NCBI RefSeq assembly: GCF_006345805.1
Contig: NC_043006.1
Location: forward strand, 82,770,001 to 82,834,000
Reading direction: 5' to 3'
DNA from: Octopus sinensis
Taxonomy: Eukaryota
DNA length: 64,000 nucleotides
Under the pieces are notes generated by a model that saw only the letters and a list, made by a program, of their open reading frames with translations, was not told where the DNA came from and did no database searches. The position numbers and the translations under genes were made by a program. Below are positions 56,290 through 64,000 of the stretch, piece by piece (position 1 is the first letter of the stretch; each line of letters starts with the position of its first letter).

Positions 56290-59200
56290 TCTGTACGTGA
56301 CTCTCTCAAACTTTTTCAAACTGTTTTCAAACTTTTTTCACCTTTTTCTTCTTTTTTCTTCCTTTTTTTCCTCTGTGTCGCCACCACTACACCTACACAA
56401 ACTTTCACCACTTCTCAACATGTCGGACTTGCATTCGTTCGTCCAACACCTTCAATCCCTTCTTAGCCGCTATCTCGCATTCTTCACCCCACAGTGCTTA
56501 CCACTCGCAAAAAAACTTTCTCACTTACTTTTTAAAAAAACTCGCCACTCTAGCCATCTCTCCTTCCTCAGCCGTTGCCTCCGCCATCATGTCACACCCC
56601 GTGGCTTCCTCTTGAAGTTCCACGCTACCCCCTATTCCTCCCCCTTCATCGAACCCACCCTCGCTCGCACCTCCCGCCTCCTCATCCGCGCCACCATCCG
56701 CTCCACCCGCCCTCTCCTTCACTCCCTTGACCACCAACTTCCCCAGGCCTACCTCCTTCTCTCCTCCCTCTGCCCTCCACTCTTCACCCAACCTATTCTC
56801 CGCTTCATTCTTAATCTCAACCACCAACTCCACAATTTCCTCACACACACAAAAAACCAAAAACTCCACCACCTCCTCAACCCTTCACAACCTTCCCTTT
56901 CCCCATCCTCCCCGCCTGCTCCCCCGGCTCCCTCCATTCCAGCAGCCACCACCCCTCCCCCTCCCCCTCCACGGACTCACCCCCATCCCACCACTCCGCT
57001 TCCTTGCACTGTTGTCACTATACCCCCCAATCTCCCCCTCTCCGCTGCCGAGCGCTCTCTCCTCAGTAAGGGACTCCGCTTCACGCCACTCACGCCACTG
57101 TGATGAGTTCGAGACTCGGCCCGACGTCAACCTGTTCCTGCGCCGCCTAAAACTTTGCGCATTCTTCCACGCGTCCCCGCAGCGTCACAACAATCAGGAT
57201 TGCCTTTTGGAGCTGGGGCGCCGTCCATGCAACTGGACGCCGCCCCCAGGCCTATTCAGTAGCCTAGATTTGTTCGTGAAAGACTGCAACACGCTGGTCC
57301 ACCGGTTCAACTTTAAACAAAGACCCCTCCGAGACAACCTCACTCGGGCTGAATCGATTGCCCTTCGCCACCTCCGCCGCCGCAATGACATTGTCATCAA
57401 ACCGGCGGACAAAGGCGGAGCAGTGGTGGTGTGGCGCGCGGATCTATACAGGGAGGAAGCGCTCAGCCAGCTTCAAAATCCCCTCTTCTATCGCCTCCTC
57501 CCCTCCGGTCCCACCTCTTCCTACCAACAGCGAGTATCCTCCACCATCCGCGACCTCATCTCCTCTTCTGCTCCCCCCCCACCTCCACCAACCTCATCGT
57601 CCGTACACCCCACACCTCCACTATCTATTTCCTTCCCCAAATCCATAAACCCAATAACCCTGGCCGCTCCATCGTTTCCGCCTGTAGTTGCCCCACTGAA
57701 CACATTTCCATATACCTCGACCGCATCCTGTTCCCCTTAGTCGCAGCCCTCCCATCCCACATACACAACACCAACCACGCCCTCTGTCTCTTCAATTCCT
57801 TTTCCTTCCCTTCCAGCCCCTCACACCTCCTCTTTCACCCTAGATGTAAAATCCCTGTATACGGTAATTCCCCACAATGACGGTCTCCTAGCCCTCCAAC
57901 ACTTCCTCGACCGTCGTCTCGACTCCACCCCCAGCACCCCCACCCTTCTCCGCCTGGCTGAGCTCGTCCTCACCCTCAACTATTTCACGTTCGCCGGGGA
58001 AACGTACCAACAGTTGTCCGGGGTCGCGATGGGAACGAGAATGGGCCCCAATTTCGCCAATCTCTTTCTTGGCTACATTGAGGCCCAAGTATTCTCCCAA
58101 TTCTCCGGACCGACCCCTGAACTATACGGTCGCTAATAGACGACTGCATAGGCGCCACCTCCCTTTCCCGCGAACTTCTCTGCCAATTCATCTCTTTCCT
58201 CTTCAACTTCCACCCCTCTCTACAATTCACCTCAACCATCTCCAACACCTCTGTCAAATTCCTTGATATCTCTCTCAGCATCGACTACCCATCCCACTAT
58301 CTCACCACCTCCGCCTTCTTTAAACCCACGGATTCCCACCTCTATCTCAACTTCTCCTCCTCCCACCCCTTCCACACCAAACGGGCCATCCCCTACTCCC
58401 AGTTCCTCCGCATCCGACGCTTGTGCAGCCGCGACCCAATCTCAATACCTGGCCCGCCTGTTCAGACTCCGAGGATACCCACCTACACTAATCTCAAATG
58501 CCCTCGCCCGTGCCCGTCGCATCGACCGCACCACCGCCCTGTCTGCTTCCTCTTACCCACCCCCCAACCGCACCCCCTTTCCCCTCCTTTTCCACCCCTC
58601 TACTCTACCCCTTCGTCGGAAGATACTACGTGCCTTCCGTCGCCTCCAGCTCGATCCCACGACCTGCCCCATTTTCCCCAACCCACCCTTGTCCTTCAAA
58701 CGAGCCCGGAATCTACGCGACCTCCTGGTCCATAGCACTCTCTCTCCTTCCCCCTCAGCCCCACACGGATCATTCCCGTGCTCTAGATCCCGCTGCAACA
58801 CCTGCCCCTTCATCACCAACACCACTGCTGTCACCGGCTCCAACCAGCGAACTGTACGTATCAGACATTCCTTTACGTGCACTGGTCTGGCTTCATACAC
58901 TGTATTAAATGCAACCTCTGCGGTATGCAGTATATTGGACAGACGGGACGCCGTTTGTCAGACCGATTCGCCGAACATCTGAGGGACGTTCGCCTACGGT
59001 CTTTTCTCCCATCGCACGTCACTTCCGCTCGGCCAGCCATTCCCCCGATGACATCTCAGTGTTTGGTCTCGCCCCACACAACGGTCTTCCACAATCCAGG
59101 CTCCACTTGGAGCAACGCTTCATCTTCATTCTACAAACCACTACCCCACACGGACTCAACACAGCCCCCTGCTCTTAGTGTCTGCGCTCCACCTCTCCCT

Positions 59201-61917
59201 CTCCCTCCCCTCCCCCTTTTTTTATACAGAAACACACACCAGCATACCCACGTATCCACGAACACCCCCACATACCTACTTCCAACACACCTACCTCCAA
59301 CACACCACACACATACAACCTACTTGTATGCACACATACTTCCACACCTATACACACCCCCACACATACCCACGCGCACACACACATGCCCGTTCACACA
59401 CACACACACATACATACGTACACACACATACATACATACATTCACACATTTAATCACACATACATACATACACACACACATACACACATACATACATGCA
59501 CTCACACATATATGCATACACACATACATACACACATACACACACACATACGTACATACATACTTTACATAATACATACACACACACATGCACACATACA
59601 CGCATGCACACGCACACGTTTACACGAATGCACGCACACATACATATATTTGTATCCAGGCGCACGCTTTTTTGGTTGAGGGATTGATGGAGTTCGGCTT
59701 TTTTTTGGTGTGGGTGTTCGGGGGTCCGCGCGCGCGCGCTTTGGCGCGCGCCTGCGGAACGGCTGGCCCCATATGCGTGCGTTGTGTTGTTTGTGTGTTG
59801 TGTGTGAGAGTGTGCGTTCGTGTGTGTGTGTGTGTGTAGACATACACACACACATGCATGCATGCACGCGCACACACATACATACCTACATACATACACG
59901 CACACACACTTACACACATACACACATTCATACACACATACAAACACACATACATACCTACACACATAAACACATACACACACATACACACATACACATA
60001 CATACATACACAAGACATACATACATACAGGCATACACCTATACACTCACACATACATACATACATACACACACACATACATACATACATACACACCCAC
60101 ATGCACACGCACACGCATACATACACACACACACACGCATACATACATACATTACATACGTACACACACATACTTACATACATTCATACCTTCATTAATA
60201 CATACATACACACACACACAAACATACACAGACACACACACATACATACACACATACATACACACATACATATATACACACACGCATACACCCATACATA
60301 CACACACACACATACATACACACACACATACACACACATATACGCACATACACATATACATACACACATGCACACACACACATACATACGCACATGCATG
60401 CATACATACACACACATACACACATACACGCTTGCACAATACATACATACAAACACACATACACGTATGCACACATACATACATACACACACACATACAT
60501 ACATACATACACACACATACTTCCACACATACACAGATACATACATACACACATACACACATACACACACACATACATACATACACACATACACATACAC
60601 ATATACACACACACATACTTACATACACTCATACGGACATACATACACACAGACATACACACATACACACTCACACATACCTACACACACACTCGCATGC
60701 ACGCGCACACATATGCATGCGCGCACGCGCTCACATACATATATGCATGCACGCATGCCTGTGGGGTCTGGCTTTATCTCGGGTGCACGTCTGGGCGAGT
60801 GCGTTGTGCCTGGGGATTCTCATGCGCCCGTCACCGCAAGAGTCTTACCATTATTCTTTCAGTTGCGAAGTGTGTCCTTGCATGCATATATATTCACACA
60901 TATAAACATATAAACACACATATAATACCCCTACATTTTGTACACACACGCGCATACATACATACGCACGTACACACACACATTTACATATATATATATA
61001 TATATACAATACACGCACACACACTTACACACGTACAAACACACACGAATTCACATACACACCGACACATATACATACACACAACATATACCTCCACGCG
61101 CACGCGCACATATACATACGTATACACATATAAGCACAGACACACACATACATACGCACACCAAAACATGCGCACACACACGCACGCACACGCGCAAAAA
61201 GAAACTCAACGCACATACATACACACGCACACGCACACACACACAAATGAACCCACACACACATCCCATATGGCACACAACCATACATACACGCACACAC
61301 ATACATACATGCACACAATTATACATATACGCACGTACAAGCACACACACACACGCACACATACACTTAGTTAAGCACAGTTACTCGCCATACACACAAA
61401 AGAACGCACACGTACACCCACACATACTACAACAAAACACACACACGAGACATATACACGCACACACACATACCTCCCTGTTTCTGACCTGCCTTCCTGA
61501 CTCGCTAGGGTACCCCCCACATCACTCCTTTAATTCTACTGCTGCTTGCTACTAGCCATTGTCCACCATACACACACATACACACACACGCACACACTCA
61601 CACACACACCCTTGTCATCTCGCTCACCTTTGTTTACCATTCCTTCTTCGATGCAGCTCTCCTGTTTTTGAAAACATGTTCCTCCTTTTTTACCACTTCC
61701 GTCTTTTCAGTATGTGACCTCGTGAAGACCACTTGCAATTTTTTTTCCTCTGTCCTCCCACCTTGGGATCTTTCTTTCTCCTATGTTTCCGACGAAGAGC
61801 TCCGCTCGAAACGTCATACCCTCCTTCTTCCCTTCTTTCCTGAGCGTCCAATAATACTTTATTTGTTCCACATTCCCGCGTTGTTGTCTTTTTGTTTTCT
61901 TGTTTGGATTAACTTTA
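56290..61917 (+). mobile_element. Near full-length Penelope-like element (Neptune-type) with ~2.4-kb CA-rich 3' tract and hammerhead-like terminus, flanked by (TA)n
   Basis: ORF 56420-59178 in several frames, pyrimidine-rich segment ~61620-61790, motif at 61789-61816. Linking the terminus to this ORF is inference. Confidence 0.75.
56420..59178 (+). pseudogene. PLE RT + GIY-YIG endonuclease, multiple frameshifts including at the YIDD catalytic motif (~58134)
   Basis: HLSFLSRC..PRGF, LLSKGLRFTP, KPADKGGAVVV, LPQIHKP, LDVKSLYT, GVAMGTRMGPNFANL, FLD, CSRSRCNTC, CIKCNLCGMQYIGQTGRRLSDRFAEH. Confidence 0.92.
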
Positions 61918-61933
61918 TATATATATATATATG

Positions 61934-61951
61934 CCTTGTTGTACCACTATT

Positions 61952-62016
<65 letters not shown>

Positions 62017-62043
62017 ATATAAAGAAATAGTAGTACAACAAGG
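61934..62043. repeat. 21-bp inverted repeat enclosing a (TA)n tract
   Basis: ccttgttgtaccactatttct ... agaaatagtagtacaacaagg (1 mismatch). Confidence 0.8.
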
Positions 62044-63156
62044 TACCAATGTTTACTGGAAAGTGATACTTTTGTATTGCAATAATGTTTAAAATATCAT
62101 ATATATATATATATTTATATATGTAAACAGAGTTAGCGGTTATAGTAACCGACTAAGGGACAAAATATCCGTGTATACTATCCGTGTCCGTTACCTGTAT
62201 TATCCCCGGGCAATGGTGTGCAGTCATGCCATACACTTTGAGTGCAGATAACAACAGGATAAACAAGAAATTAAACAATGAAAATAATTAGAAAATGGAG
62301 AAAACCACAGGTTAATCAACACATCGATTGGACCACATTTATAGCTTAATTTTTAATACAAAGCATGACGTAGCAAAATTGGTGACGTAACATATCTTAC
62401 AGCCTTTACTGATGGGATTGCCAGAATGCAGTCTGTACATTAATGCGAGGATAAAATTCTTCGTCTTCATAGGGCATTCGAATTAAGGCAACGGATCTTC
62501 ATCAGAGTGAAAAACAAGAGCATACAATATAAGCAAAAGGAAGAAGGAAAAGGAAAGAAAACATGGGTGAGACAAATAGTCTGGAAGCCCAATATGTTAA
62601 GAGCAAATGATTATTTATCATCACGGCTACAGGGTCAGTATGTAAAAGAGTGAGCTAGTAAAGGTCTAGGGAATACTACAATTAATTAATGAGTAGGTGC
62701 AATTTAAAGAGTGGGGTCAGTGTGTGTAAAAAAAAGTAGTTATCAAGAAACTATATATAAGGAAAATACTAACATGGTTATCAAAGGGCAGTACCTATGC
62801 TACCAGAGTAAACTCAAGTAAAAGTAAACAATTACCGTAGAATGCTAAAGAAAAAATTTACTCACAGAAATTAATACCGAGAATCCCACCTATGATCCAC
62901 AATGGGGCAAGTCTAAGTTCAGCGGTCTCTACAATTGGTCAATTACAATTTGAACCGGGGTCACAACTTAAAACCGTTACAAAGGATTTGTTTATGAAAT
63001 AAACAAGAAAAAGCAGAAAAGGTACGGGGGATAAATCAATGCAAAGATATTGAGGGCCGTTTATGTACTTCAACATCTTAACGTTATAAGCTGCATGAGG
63101 GAAGAATTAGGGAATCTGCGGCGTTAAACACTCATACGCCGTCTTCAATGGAAGTG

Positions 63157-63531
63157 TCCGCTTACCAACCACATGGTTCTGGGTTCAGTCCCACTGCGTG
63201 GCACCTTGGGCAAGTGTCTTCTACTATAGCCTCGGGCCGACCAAAGCCTTGTGAGTGGATTTGGTAGACGGAAACTGAAAGAAGCCCGTCGTATATATGT
63301 ATATATATATGTGTGTATGTGTGTCTATGTTTGTGTGTCTGTGATCGTCCCCCCAACATCGCTTGACAACCGACACTGTTGTGTTTACGTCCCAGTAACT
63401 TAGCGGTTCGGCAAAAGGGACGGATAGAATAAGTATTAGGCTTACAAAGAATAAGTTCTGGGGTCGATTTGCTCGACTAAAGGTTGTGCTCCAGCATGGC
63501 CGCAGTCAAATGACTGAAGCAAGTAAAAGAG
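63157..63531 (+). mobile_element. SINE family A
   Basis: Same body and tail as 41915-42325. Confidence 0.85.
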
Positions 63532-63537
63532 TATATA

Positions 63538-63655
63538 TCTATTATATAAAATCCGTTCTGTCTGTGTGTGTGTGTGTCTTCTAGGATCTCGGGCATCCTC
63601 CATCCGGTTGCGCTCAAATTTGATATGTAGATACCGACGCTATCTACATTCTTCA
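63538..63655 (+). mobile_element. 5' end of a non-autonomous Helitron-like element
   Basis: A|TCTATTATATAAAATCCG followed by (tg)n, the same style as the 5' end at 51867. No 3' end in view. Confidence 0.5.
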
Positions 63656-64000
63656 CTACTCACCACTGCTGAACCTGATGTTTCCTTTGGCATTTTTACT
63701 GCTTAATTAGGGAAAGAATGACAGAGTCCTTAAGCCTATTTTTTTCCTGAACCTCCGATACTGGTGGAAAAAAGCGAAGAAGATGCCTTTAAACCGAAAA
63801 TGGATTGAATGTTTACAACTGAAAACCTCCACTAAAGCACCCAAGGTCGTGATATTAAACTGGGCGACGGATGAAATCTTCCACCTTCAAACACAGAACG
63901 CAAAAAGCAAATATCGATGCTACAAAGCATCTCCTCCGACAGTCGGAAAATTCGACCAAACAACCGCCTTGGAATAGTACATTATTTCATGAAGTCCCGA

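Noticed and set aside
59652-59838. GC-rich, strand-flipped island inside the CA tract (similar patches at 32520-32660 and 60760-60880)
   Set aside because: No ORF or repeat partner was found. It looks like garbled low-quality consensus within microsatellite.

Overview
AT-rich, microsatellite-saturated eukaryotic DNA. It is most likely from an octopod cephalopod; this is inferred from the look of the tRNA-derived SINE families and the extreme (TA)n/(CA)n/(TAA)n density, and was not database-checked. There is a 100-N scaffold gap at 36971-37070 and no prokaryotic features. The window is almost entirely transposon debris: Penelope-like elements (PLEs), a nearly complete Helitron (RepHel with about 3 lesions) plus several non-autonomous Helitron/HINE elements, a 5'-truncated Dong/R4-type LINE in (TAA)n, HERO-, CR1/L2- and Gypsy-type fragments, SINEs and MITEs. 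The dominant unexplained structures are (i) a fold-back inverted duplication of at least 18.6 kb (arms 1-9436 and 9961-18591, 524-bp spacer, patchy arm identity, outer end off-window) and (ii) a ~1.45-kb inverted duplication bracketing a PLE ORF, which contains a candidate host exon. That exon splices in frame to a second candidate exon 21 kb downstream that encodes a cadherin-like segment. PLE 3' ends carry degenerate minimal hammerhead-ribozyme motifs. Both inverted structures could be real or could be assembly artefacts (haplotypes joined head-to-head); read-level data are needed to decide. All coordinates were read by eye, and fuzzy ends are approximate.
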